Assembly: GCA_039621445.1 (NCBI GenBank)
Contig: CP154954.1
Location: 29,273,411 to 29,337,410, forward strand
Direction of reading: 5' to 3'
Length of the DNA: 64,000 nucleotides
Origin: Euglena gracilis
Taxonomy: Eukaryota
Shown here: one piece after another, positions 1 to 12,200 of the stretch
Layout: each line of letters starts with the position of its first letter
Position numbering within the stretch: the first letter of the stretch is position 1
The notes under the pieces: model-generated
What the model was told of the DNA's origin: nothing
Database searches by the model: none
What the model saw: the letters and a program-made list of their open reading frames with translations, nothing else
Program-made: the position numbers and the translations under genes

Positions 1-1017
1 CATTCCGGTTGGATTGTAGCCATACCGTGTTTTGATAAAGGATTAACGGGTGCAAAAATGGCCAAGGAAATGCTTAAGTCCCAATGGAAACCCTTTGGAG
101 TCCCGTCAATAATTTCAAGTGACCAAGGGAGCCATTTTGTCAACACATGGTGGCAAACCATGTGTTCGCTCATGGGAATTCGGCAAGCATTTTCCCAAGC
201 TTACCACCACCAAGCAAATGGGAGGGTGGAGAGAGCCGGCCAACAAATTATGGAAATCCTCCGAAAGTTGTTTGTGGAGGAAAAAATGAATTGGGTGGAA
301 GCACTTCCCCAAGTTTTGGATCGCATTCATGACACCAAGGGGGAGAGTGGTTTTAGTCCTCACGAAATTTTGTTTGGAAGGGATAGACCCATTGGTGGAA
401 TACCCTATCAAACACCGAAGGAGTGTGAGGACGCTCAAAGTTTCTTTCGCCGAATAAAGGAGGTGGATGAGAAAGTTGCTAAGATTCTCAACCACTCACA
501 TTGGGTGCAAGCGAGTTGGGTCAACCAAGGGAGGAGGGAGTTGGTACCCTTAAAATTGGGAACCCAAGTGTGGTATAGGAGACCCGAAGGATCCGGAGAA
601 AAATTGGATTCCAGATGGATTGGACCTGGGATTATTAAAGCCCGGGAGGGGGAGAGGAGTTATATTATTGAAATTAAACCCGGGATGGAAATGAAGGTTC
701 ATCGTAGTTTCCTTAAGGAATACAAATAGCCTGAAGTTCTTGGTGAGGGGGTGCCTTTGTTCTTTTTCAAGAGGACCGAAAAAGAAGAGGAAGCAATGCC
801 TGATGAGTGGGAGGTGGAAAAAATTCTGAACCACCGAAAGAAGGGGGGAACCTGGGAATTCCTCACGAGATGGGTTGGTTACAACGAGGGGGAGGAAACC
901 TGGGAGCCGGTGGGGAATTTCATACACCGATTTAGTGAGGAGTTGGTGAGGTATTGCACGAAGAAAAACCTAGGGGTCGATTTGATGTCCGAATTGAAAA
1001 AATCTTTGAAACCCTAG
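1..1017 (+). pseudogene. Ty3/Gypsy (chromovirus-type) pol 3' end: integrase core plus chromodomain, with one in-frame stop
   Basis: Frame is open from base 1 (HSGWIVAIP). It contains ISSDQGSHF, AYHHQANGRVER, a GPY/F-like WIGPG and the chromodomain EWEVEKILNHR...RWVGY...TWEP. TAG at 727-729 splits two same-frame ORFs (58-729, 751-1017). Confidence 0.93.
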
Positions 1018-2399
1018 TGAGCCGAAAGTTGAAGGCTCGGTTCATTTTGCTTTTTTTTTAATCGGGGAGCCCAAATGTTTGAGGCTCTTGCTTTGAATTG
1101 GGCCAAGTGCTGTTTCGGCAAGTTATTTGTGTGCTTGTGCATTGCTTATGTGCATCATACCTTTTGTTTTTGACTCCATGATTCTCATATGTTTTGATTT
1201 TTCGAGCATGCGATGAATTTGATTTCTCTCTCTCTCTCTCCTTCTCTCTCCATGCATATTTTGTTCTTGCTCTTCTCTTTCGCTTTGCTCTCACAGGTTT
1301 TGAGGACTTGGAGGCTCCAAGCACACCCAAGGGAGCCCCAAGGGAAAAGTGCGAGCGCACCACCGCAGGAAGGAGGCGAGCATCCTACGCAAGCAAGGAG
1401 ACGAGACAAGGAGACGAGACAAGGAGACGAGACAAGGAGATGAGATGAGGAGACGAGACGAGGAGATGAAGCCTTTTTACCCAATCAACCGAATACACCA
1501 CCACCCAACTTGTCCATAGCCCAGCCCCGTTGGGGCTTGCCTCACTATAAACGGCCCCATCACCCGCTACCCGAGCCCCGAACCCCACTGCCTATATTCC
1601 TCACCCCAACCTGACCTCACCTTCCCATACCGTGAATGGAAAGGGGGACCGAAGGATTTGGATTTTTTTTACCAAGGTCGAGCCATAGCCCCTGTGTAGG
1701 AGAGCGGCCCAGAATGTTTGGAGTTTTGATGATTTGTTTGGATTCCGAGCCATTGGTGGATGTTGCAAGGGGGAAGAAGCCTCACCTTCACCGTGGATGC
1801 GCGGGGGGGGGGGGGGGGCTGAATTTTCTCCGATTTTTGGGTGAGCTCCCTCCAAACGGGTTTCGGTCGAGGGGGGGGGGCGCCCATTCCCATGCCCGTG
1901 TCCAAAGGATTGTGGAATGGAGACCGCCTGATTTTTCAGTTGATGTATGATACACCACCGGACGACCGGAAGAGGTGCTTGCAGACTTGCCGAGCAGTCT
2001 GCGAAAACATGGTCAGCACAGGCAACCACAGGTCACCTTGGGTTTGGGCAGGGTTGGTTGCAATGCTCGTCCAGAAAAGGTTCCCTGGGGAAGTTTGTCT
2101 TTGTAGTCTGCTAGTCCATGGTGCGTCTTGGAAATTGCATTGCCTGGTGTCCTGTGAATGGTTATTTTTTGAAGTGAATTTCACCGGATTCATTCATGGA
2201 GGGTTGGTTGCATTTCGGTTGTCCACCAAGATTGTGTAGTGCAAGAGAACGTCCAATCCAAGGATTCGAGTTTTTTGGTGAGCCATGAGAAGGTAACAAG
2301 ACTGGGCAAATTTCACGATTTTTTATTTTTTCAGAAAATTTCAAAATTTTGAATATTTTCAATATTTTCATTGAAAAAATGGGAGAATCCTAATGGGAA

Positions 2400-4840
2400 A
2401 TGCCCAAGCGGCCTATTCATACTTATGGGAACGATTTCGATGTTCTCACAAGGGACAAGCAATTGAAGGCGCTGACTGTAAGATGCAAGCACTGCCCCTG
2501 GGAAAGTGTCTTCAATATTACAAGAATGAAGGAGCACTTGGCATCAAAACACGCAGAGGATGGTCCCAAGACAAAAAAACAATGCACGTTGTTTGCATAC
2601 GCCGACCGATCATTTGGCCCCTCCCAGCAGGAGCGAACAACCAGCCTTCTGGTGATGCTGCAAGTGCACTATGGGCTGTCATTCTCTGCCGTGACCAGTA
2701 TGGAAATGCAGAATCTTCTGAAGTATTTGCGGCCAGAGGTTCACGTGCCGTCCCGAAGGACATTGCAAAGACGAGTGGACGACCCGTACCACAGCCTGAA
2801 GGACAAAGTGTATTCCTTTCTACAACAAGTGGAGAGTGTGTCTTTGATGATCGATGGGTGGGAGGACCACAACAAGTGTGAGTGCATCGCCGTGACTGCC
2901 AAGCCACTGAATCCATCCCTGCATCCTGTGCTGATCCGCTTCCATCGTATGACCACCCGTGCGACAACAGAACAGTTGCATGAATGTTTGGAGGTTTGCC
3001 ATTTGTAATCGGCCCATCCAATTTGTCATCTTTGGTCAGGGCTGTGTACGAGATCTTCTGTCTGCGGGTTGCAAAGTGGTGGCTGCATGTGCTGACAACG
3101 CCCGCAACATCCAAGGAGCTGTGAACACGCTCAACAACAGCCACAGTTGTATTCCACTCAACTGCTGGGCCCACGCAGCAGAGCTGTTGAGCAGGGACCT
3201 GGCCAGCCTGTGGCCAGACTGTTATGAAAAAGCCCACCAGCTGGAGAGATATTTCCATGACCACCATTACCAAAGGTGTGATGAAGGCCGCATGCAGAAT
3301 GTGTTCGATTGCTTCACAGGCAGTGCTACATTGAATAAACGCAGAGGACTGGGGGCACCATCTTGACACATCCGGGCTCGACCCGATGGAGCAGCCAGCA
3401 CAACATGTTGAAAAGTGTTCACAAGAACAGAGCCACCATTGAGAACGTGCTCACCCGTCTCAGAAGGGAGAAGGTCCGTGACCCAGAGTTCATCGCCCTT
3501 GCTTGGGTGTGGAGCAACGCAGTATGGGACGACTGGGAACACCTGCTTCGGCAAGGGCTTCAAATGGAAGTTTTACTTTTTTTGTTTCAATGTATGAAGC
3601 CCTGAATTAGACTGACAGAGCATGTGACCGAGTTCATTGTGTGGCTCCAAGGAGATGATGCCACGTTGGGGGCTGTGATGCAGCGTTACATCGACTTACG
3701 CGGACGGTTATGAGGTGTCTTTGTAGTACGTTTCTGTCTGTGGTGTGCATGGCCCCATCCTTCATCGAGGAACGCGACACGTTCTTCTTTCGGGACTGGA
3801 GCTGCCTGGCGTACATCATGGACCCGAACTACAGAGGTGCCCAGTTGGGTCCTCATCCAGGCACTTCCACATTGTCATCCCCATTGTCCTGAATTTGCAC
3901 TTAAATTTTTTTTGATTTCAGGCAGGGAAGCGGTTTCTGAAGCTGTGTCGTAATTTTTACTCTTTTTGTTTTGCATTCTTTTTGCCTTGCATGACCTCTG
4001 CTGGTCTGCTGTTGGGGGAACCTGAGCCTGACGGCTGAGGGACACATTGGCCTTCTTCCATGCGACGGCCTGGAAGACCGTCATGGGCGACGCCGAAGCG
4101 CCCACTGCTGACGACATGTGCGACTATTTGAAGCTGGATGGAGTTTACTCTGTACCTCCTGGAATGCAGACCAGGGGCTTTCAGTTAACAGTTGACCCCC
4201 TAGCCTCTGCCGTAAAATTTGCAGCCCCCCCCCCCAGCCTCAGCCGTAAAATTTGCAGCCCCCCCCCCCAGCCTCAGCCGTAAAGTTAGCAGCCCCCCCC
4301 CAGCCTCAGGCGTAAAGTTAGCAACCCCCCCCCAGCCTCAGCCGTAAAGTTAGCAGCCCCCCCCCCCCAGCCTCAGCCGTAAAGTTAGCAGCCCCTCCCC
4401 CCCCAGCCTCAGCCGTAAAGTTAGCAGCCCCCCCCCCAGCCTCCGCCTTAAAGTTAGCAGCCCCCCCCCAGCCTCAGCCGTAAAGTTAGCAGCCCCCCCC
4501 CCCCAGCCTCAGCCGTAAAGTTAGCAGCCCCCCCCCCCCAGCCTCAGCCGTAAAGTTAGCATCCCCCCCCCAGCCTCAGCCGTAAAGTTAGCAGCCCCCC
4601 CCCCCAGCCTCAGCCGTAAAGTTAGCAGCCCCCCCCCCATCCTCGGCCATAAACGCTCTGCTGCAGACTGAGGGTTTGTCGGGGTACAAGTGGTGGGGCC
4701 TCTACAAGGACACGAACCTCAGTGCATTTGGCGCACTGCTGTGTGGTATACCGGCATCAGCAGCAGCAGTTGAAAGAGTCTGGTCTGTGGCAGGCCATCA
4801 GGTGGGTGATCGTGAATCGTTGGCAGGCCAGTCAAGGTAG
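2400..4840 (+). pseudogene. hAT-superfamily transposase with BED finger; intron-containing, disrupted
   Basis: Motifs: BED finger CKHC...HLASKH, MIDGWED, ADNARN, CWAH, TRWSS and C-terminal WW...LLCGIPASAAAVERVWS. GT-AG introns 2994-3039 and 3276-3319 join the frames exactly. A TAA follows soon after intron 2, and a MITE interrupts at 4172-4660. Confidence 0.9.
4172..4660. mobile_element. hAT-type MITE filled with a ~30-bp minisatellite (CAGCCTCAGCCGTAAAGTTAGCAGCCCn)
   Basis: Imperfect TIR CAGGGGCTTT / AAACGCTCTG. 8-bp TSD ATGCAGAC (4164-4171) / CTGCAGAC (4661-4668). Removal restores the transposase frame PGMQT|EGLSGYKWW. Confidence 0.8.
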
Positions 4841-6124
4841 GTGGCTCCTCCTATGCCTTTTTTGGGGGGGTATTAACCCCTTCTTTTACGGTAAGGTTTG
4901 CTTTTGGAGTGCCTGGCAAAAGCGTTGGACATTCTGGTGCAACTGGTTTATATTCACGCCAACTCATGATTTTTTTCATTTGCGAGCGGTAACACCCCCT
5001 TCATTTACGGTAATGTTTGGCTTTGACGTGCCTGGCAACAACGTTGGAGAACCTGGTGCAAGAGGTTTTTATTTGCTTTAACTCCAGAGCTCTCCCCCCT
5101 GCTTTCCGTTTGTCGTTCTGAAGGTGTTTGTAAACACCTTCCAGTGGGATTTCCACTTTCACTGACAGTCGCCCAAAGACATGGTTTCGCATTTCCTTTT
5201 CTGCTTTCCCAAAAAGGGGGGGGGCGGCCACATTGGTTCTGCACTTTCCATTCCAGTGGTTCTACATGTATTTTTTCCCTCAAATACAATACACAAGTCC
5301 CAAGCCCTTCTTCAAACCTTAAAGGAAAAGAAAAACTCCTCCTGTGACCGAGAGAAAACACAAATCTTCGTTCCGTGCAATAGGGCCGACGAAGGAAATA
5401 CGTCTTCCATACTGAGGACGAATGAAATTTTTGAAAAAATGCGTGAAATTTTCAACGGCCGGCCATAAATTTCACGATGGAAAATTTTCACGAGCGAATT
5501 GAATGCCCAGTCTTGGAAAGTAAGTCACAAGCACCGGGGGGGGGGGGGGGCTGTCCGAACTCTCCCCAAGCGGTCACGCCGAATGTTCGGGGGGGGGGGG
5601 AGCCAAAAATTTCCCTCCAACATTTTCCCTCCGGGGTGCAAAAAGTCAGAACTCTCCCCACGATTTCTTTTAATCGGGGGGGGGGGGGCGCTAGCTGAAT
5701 TTTCTCACAATTTTGAATGACATTCACAGAGTTTGTGGCAATTTTTTTTCTTGGCATTTTTTTCATGCCCCCAACCTGTGGGGGGGGGCCTGGATTTTTA
5801 AGGGGGACGTTTTCGCTTTTTTTTTGTGTGGAGCCGCTAAGTGGTGCCGTGTGCCTTGTTTTTGTGGCAAGGTAACACCAAGCGAGGGGCATAGGCGTTT
5901 CATCATTCTCTTTCTCAAGACATTATGAAGGATTCTCATTTGCATTCATTTCATTCTAATTTTTTTTCCATGTCTTCGCTTTTTTATTCAAGTTTCATTT
6001 TTTTGAGGGTCCGACTAATGTCGCAAGGGAGGGGGTGTCGACTGTCGGGGGGCGTCCGACAGTCAAAAATGGCAGGGCGGAAGCTTTTGAAAACACGGAA
6101 TTTTTCATTCCGCGCAGAACGCGC

Positions 6125-6218
6125 GATCACGAGATCCTTTGGATCGAGAGATCCGCGTATCCCGCGAGATGCTTAATTCACCCACCCTACCACACAGGTA
6201 CTCAAACTTGAAAGGCAG
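6125..6218 (+). repeat. Split direct repeat A1 (left terminus)
   Basis: GATCACGAGATCC...GCTTAATTCACCCACCCTACCACACAGGTACTCAAACTTGAAAGGCAG recurs at 15907-15982 and 25758-25833. A1 has an 18-bp insert. Confidence 0.9.
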
Positions 6219-6222
6219 AGCA

Positions 6223-9200
6223 ATGGCGACTGGCAGGTTGTCCAAGTGGTTTCCTGGGAGAAGATTTGGATTTATTTACTTCGAGAACGAGAACCGTGAA
6301 GTTTTTGCACATGAGAGTGAGTTCATCTCAAAGGGAGCTGGCCAGCTGCAAGTGTCCGTTGGGACGGAGGTGGAGTGCTACATCATCGAAGGCCCTGATG
6401 GCAAGGACTCCTGCAAGGAAATCAGGCCGTCTGGTGGCGGATATTTCACCAAGGCCGAGGACAACAAAAAGAGGAAGCGAGAGCCAACCGATGAGAGGAG
6501 AGGAGGACCAGGACGAGGACGACGACAAGAGGAGGCGGCGGTAAGCACCCGGCAGCTCGAACAACTGGTTGCGTCTGCGGTGCAGCGGCTCTTGCCGGCC
6601 CCTCCTGGGGTTCTTTTGCCCTCCCCTCCCGGGGGTTTTGTCCCACAATCTGCGCCATCTGTGGCCCACCCCTTTCCCAACCCACCCCCCTGCACCCCCC
6701 AGGGGGTCCACATCCCATGGGACACCCTTATCACACTCATTGCCAACCCGGGGCCGGCAGATCTGGCAGAAAACCCGCCCGACACAACCCCAGGGGACAC
6801 CAGATTTGACATTCCAATGCCAAATGCCCCCCCCATTCCCATCTCCAAAATGGGCCTCTCATCCCCATTTGGGTCCGAGATTTCGGGGGACCATGTCTCC
6901 ACATTTTCCTCCACCACTTTTCGGGCCGCAAAAACCACACAACACTTGGAATCTGTGGCTCGGTTTCATTCGGGACTGAAAAAACTCAGCCCCGACCCCG
7001 CAACATTGTTTTCTCTGAAAATGGCCTGGACCTCCTCTTGGTTGGACTTAATTACCGGCCCCGGCAGTCCGGCCGCCTTCCGGGCCCGCCCCCCGCGGGA
7101 CCACGCTGACCCTGAGACAAAGCAGCGACTGTATGGCCTGTGGAGGTCTTTGTGCATGCTGGGCAGGAGTCCCTTTCTGGGAGGAAAGCGTGGTGCAGGG
7201 TTCTCCAAGACGCTCTTTGGGCTTCTCCTTGCGACTTTGGCCACGGTGGCCGTTGTCGTGCAAGGAATCACCAGCGACAGTCGCCTGGATTGGCACAGGG
7301 CAGGCCTGTGTGCGGCAGACGGGAGATCCTACGGAGGTTGGTAGCCGGCGCGTAGTACCAAGCCGAGTATCGCTCGAGTAGCTTATTCGGTAAGGTGCTG
7401 GGCTCGCACGCGGGAGGTCGTGGGTTCGAGACCCAGGTCCCGCTGTGTGAATCCTGGTCGATACCGTACGGGCAGAGGGCATACCGCGGGGATCGACCGG
7501 CGCGCGTAACTGCGCCCAAGGACGAGACACTGGTTGGCCGGACCTTGGGTGTAGTTCCCCGCCTGAGGGCGTGCCACGGCAAGCAGTATGAGCTGCCCCG
7601 TGGCCGTCCAACGGCGGGTGGTGACAACCAACGTATACATGGTAGCAGAGGGAACCCGTCTAATGCCACACGAACCGGGAAGTCAGAGCCTGACCCCACG
7701 GCGCCCGGAAGGCGGAGGCGGACGCGCCGAGTCTAGGGCGACTGAAACTCCTACACCGTTCCAAAGCCTCAAGCCGATGCTAAGGGGGACGCTCCAAGGC
7801 GGCAGAGCCCGTGGAAGTCGACAACACGTAAACTGCCGGCAATAGCAAACCCGAGCTGCAGGGGTCGGCAGCCTGGTGACGCAGTACTCGTGAGAAGCAC
7901 TCAGCCAACTAGGGCCGTGTGAGGCATAACCCGAGCTGCAGGGGCCACGGCCATAGTGACGCAGTGGGCTAGTGTAGTAAGGCTCTTGGGAGGGGAGTGT
8001 GTGCGGCAGACGGGAGATCCTACGGAGGTTGGTAGCCGGCGCGTAGTACCAAGCCGAGTATCGCTCGAGTAGCTTATTCGGTAAGGTGCTGGGCTCGCAC
8101 GCGGGAGGTCGTGGGTTCGAGACCCAGGTCCCGCTGTGTGAGTCCTGGTCGATCCCGTACGGGCAGAGGGCATACCGCGGGGATCGACCGGCGCGCGTAA
8201 CTGCGCCCAAGGACGAGACACTGGTTGGCCGGACCTTGGGTGTAGTTCCCCGCCTGAGGGCGTGCCACGGCAAGCAGTATGAGCTGCCCCGTGGCCGTCC
8301 AACGGCGGGTGGTGACAACCAACGTATACAGGCCCCCTCCCTCATGACCAACTCCAGATCTGCGCCGCCGGCCAGAAAACTCACGAGGCCCCCCCTGCTC
8401 GACCGACCACCTGCTGCCTCCTCACACACAGAGAACGGAGGCCTCACCTGAGAGAGAAGGACATGGACACGCTCTTCACGACCACACAACACTGGGCAAT
8501 CGGACTATGTTGCCTTCGCATCTCAGGGGATGTCCACCCACATCCGGGTCCTGGGGTACCAGCTGACATCTACATGCTGTTGCCACATCACCTACGCACC
8601 GCTTGCGATGCCTTGCAGCTACCTCTCCCGGCATGGGACCCCTTCGCCTCTCCGCAGAACAACCTGGCCGCTCGTTACTTTTCGATGTCAGACAACGCGT
8701 GTGGGAGGGCGGCTGGCAACAGCAAAAATTAGGAAGAGCAAAGCCTAATTCACAGAAAAAATTACTATTTCACTTTGTAGGTGGCAAAAAGCTGAATACC
8801 TTGTTCAAAACGTCTTGGAAGACTTTGTTTTGACGTCTTGCATTGGGTTTTACTGGTGGAAGTTCCGGCGGAAGGATTACAAAAAAGTGGTATTTTGAAG
8901 CGCTGAAGCCAGAAAATCCAAGTGAATTCCCAGAAAAGAGACATCTCAGAAAACTCAAGGTATTCTGGCTTGCCAAGGCATGTTGTTCAAGTATCAGTGA
9001 ATGTACCATCGAAGAAGGACAATCAGAAGTGAAATGCAGCTGGAGCCAGCAGCAGGAGGAGGAGGAGGAAGAACAACAACCTCCAGAACCTGCAGTAAGC
9101 TGTGGTATGTACTGCTGATGGACACCCTCTTCATGCTGCAGATTGGTGATGTATAATTTGCAGCTGGGTGTTGGATGGTTGAAAAACATTTGGAACAGAT

Positions 9201-12200
9201 TCTGTGACAGTTTTCTGCAGTTTGTGCTTTTGTTTGGGTTGGGAGTCCGTTGCTGGAAAGTTCGGGCCACGTAGCCCCTTTTGCCACACCATTTATGGGT
9301 TGGGAGGCACTTTCCAAAAGCAAATTTGGGCCCAGCAGCCCCAGGACACACCAGGCAAAATGCACATGTCATTTCCAGTCCCAAAGTTCTGTACTGCTGT
9401 GATAGGTTGGGAGGCAAATGCTTTAGCATTTTTGGGCCCAGCAGCCCCTTATGCCACACCACACACTGTGCAACTCAGTTTCAATTGTCCATTTGTGTTG
9501 TAAATCCTTTGGGCAGTCAATGGTACCTGATTCGGCTCGGATCAATGCACACAATTTTGGGCAGAAGAAAGTTCAACATGTCAATGTCAAAAAAGGATTT
9601 GCAGAATCAATTGTCAGAATTTCAATGTCAATTTTGGATTTTTGAAAATGTTGGTTCCTGGCCCTGCCATTTTGTGGGTGCCGCTTCAAGGGGGCCCTGC
9701 CCTGGCATTCACATTTGGCAACCCGAGCCGGCCTGGGCTTCTGGGGGGCCTTCTGGGATAACTTGTGGTTTCTGGGGGGAAACCGCAGGTTCCTCAGATG
9801 GCGTCCCAAATGGGCCCAGGAGTGGGCAAGGGGGGGTCATGGAGGATTTGTGTTGTATTGGCTGGGATTGCTGGCAGCAGCTGCTTTACGCTTAATCGGT
9901 TTTGTTGTACATTACAGCCCCCCCCCCTGTGTGTGGCGGACAGCCTTTTCAAGATCAATCTCCAGAAATCTCTGAATTAGGCATTGCCAGAAAAAAGGGT
10001 TCAGACCAAAATCTTAAGCTGGGAATTCTGTGTTTCATTCTGTATTTCAGTGGCAGCCTATGGCAAACAGTGTATCAGTTTGCTTGGACTTCATTGGCAT
10101 TGGCAAACATCTTCAAGATTTGTTCCCCTGCTGTGCAAAAGATTTTGAAAACTCCAGTGACGCAGTGGGAAAATGCCAGTGGAAAAGCCCAAGTTGGCAG
10201 TAGGAGACTGTCCAGCATTGCACATTACAGGTTGGCCTGGGCCAGAAGTTGGTCACCCCAAGTGTCATTGGACAAGGGCTGTCACAACACACTGAGCCGA
10301 GGACCCACCCTCACACAAACTGATATGAGCTTTGTCCAGTACAAACGATCCTGTTGGGCCACGAAGGGGATTGGCACTCAGATGGTGATCTGGTGGACTG
10401 TCATTACATTATCATTGGTGGACCACTGGCTGCAGCTGATGGCAGTACTTTGCACTGTACATTGCTGCAGATGTCATTGAAGATTGCATGTCATTGTCAT
10501 TGAACTGGATATGGTGATGAGCCGTGAGGCACGTACAACAGAATCGAGCACCGGTGGAGCATCGAGATGAGCCGTGAGGCACGTACTGGAGAAGGAGTTG
10601 GTGGTCATTTGTTGCCCTGGGCAGCCCAGTTGTTGGCATTGCCATGGGTTGTGGGTTAACCGATAAAACCCTCTGCCGTGAAGTTTTGGCATTGATGTAA
10701 TGCTGTCTGCTGGAGGTGTTCTGCGGCATTAGATGTCACGGTTTGATCGTTTTCTCCGTCTTCGTCTTCTGCGTGTTTCTGTCTCTTCTCCATGTTCTGC
10801 GAGGGGCTAAGTGGCTCGTCTGTCCGCTGTGCTGCGAATGTCTGGGCAATTGCGCAGCAATTGTTCAGGAAGGGGTGTGTGTGTGTGGCGGACAGCCTTT
10901 TCAAGATCAATCTCCAGAAATCTCTGAATTAGGCATTGCCAGAAAAAAGGGTTCAGACCAAAATCTTAAGCTGGGAATTCTGTGTTTCATTCTGTATTTC
11001 AGTGGCAGCCTATGGCAAACAGTGTATCAGTTTGCTTGGACTTCATTGGCATTGGCAAACATCTTCAAGATTTGTTGCCCTGCTGTGCAAAAGATTTTGA
11101 AAACTCCAGTGACGCAGTGGGAAAATGCCAGTGGAAAAGCCCAAGTTGGCAGTAGGAGACTGTCCAGCATTGCACATTACAGGTTGGCCTGGGCCAGAAG
11201 TTGGTCACCCCAAGTGTCATTGGACAAGGGCTGTCACAACACACTGAGCCGAGGACCCACCCTCACACCCCCTAAAAAAAAAAACCACCCCCAGACCAAA
11301 ATCCCAGATCAATGCCAGCCGCCCAACTTCGTGGGTTGTCGGCATTGGCCTGGGAGGGGTGTGTGGGAGGGCGGCTGGCAACAGCAAAAATTAGGAAGAG
11401 CAAAGCCTAATTCACAGAAAAAATTGCCATTTCACTTTGTAGGTGGCAAAAAGCTGAATACCTTGTTCAAAACGTCTTGGAAGACTTTGTTTTGATGCCT
11501 TGCATTGGGTTTTACTGGTGGAAGTTCCGGCGGAAGGATTACAAAAAAGTGGTATTTTGAAGCGCTGAAGCCAGAAAATCCAAGTGAATTCCCAGAAAAG
11601 AGACATCTCAGAAAACTCGCGCTCTCACAGCCATGGGAAGAAGGACCACTTCTGTGGGCCAATCCGCCCTTCGAATTAAGACACCAGGCGCTCCAAAAAG
11701 CCCTCGATTCCTCCGTGTGCGTGCTATTCTTATGGCCTCTCTTTAGGCCGGACGACCTCCAGATGATGGCTTCTTTTTCCTCCCGGATTTGGCTCGCCCC
11801 TCCTGTCCCTCTTTTCTCCAGAGGACACGGATTGCCCCCCTTCCCAACCCCGCCGTGGCGCCGCGGGCTCTTCCTCTTGGATTTCCGGAGCCGGGTCACA
11901 GGCTGGATTCATGATTGCTGCCAAGATGGGGATGTGGAGTCCAATCCCGGACCTTCCGCCGGGTCCCTGGCACTCACCGTCTCCTTTCAAGAGTTCCTCG
12001 GACCTTTCCTCACCACCTTCGTAGCTTCAGTCGACAAGACGGAGCTGGCACTCTCCACCATCAACCTGCGGGCCCGCGCTCGCACGTGGCCGTCTGGCTG
12101 GCACTCCCCCTTCTTCCCCACCGATTTCCAAGGCTCCGAGGACGACGTCTTCGGTTCTTTGGCCGCGTACGAGCTGTATGCCAACGCCGTCCTACTCCCA

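Noticed and set aside
1020-2260. 3' LTR of the first Gypsy element
   Set aside because: Likely present (TATA-like motif near 1545), but its boundaries cannot be fixed without the partner LTR.
4200-4650. CRISPR-like array (also the 32-bp repeats at 33807, 42260 and 44570)
   Set aside because: Head-to-tail repeats with no unique spacers, no cas genes, and a eukaryotic TE context.
7372-7444. Functional tRNA-Ala(CGC) gene
   Set aside because: Acceptor and anticodon stems do not pair and it lies inside both LTRs; treated as a derived promoter.
8770-11495. ORFs of 150-260 aa inside the nested LTR elements
   Set aside because: No recognisable domains; they run through LTR sequence and break differently in the duplicate copy.
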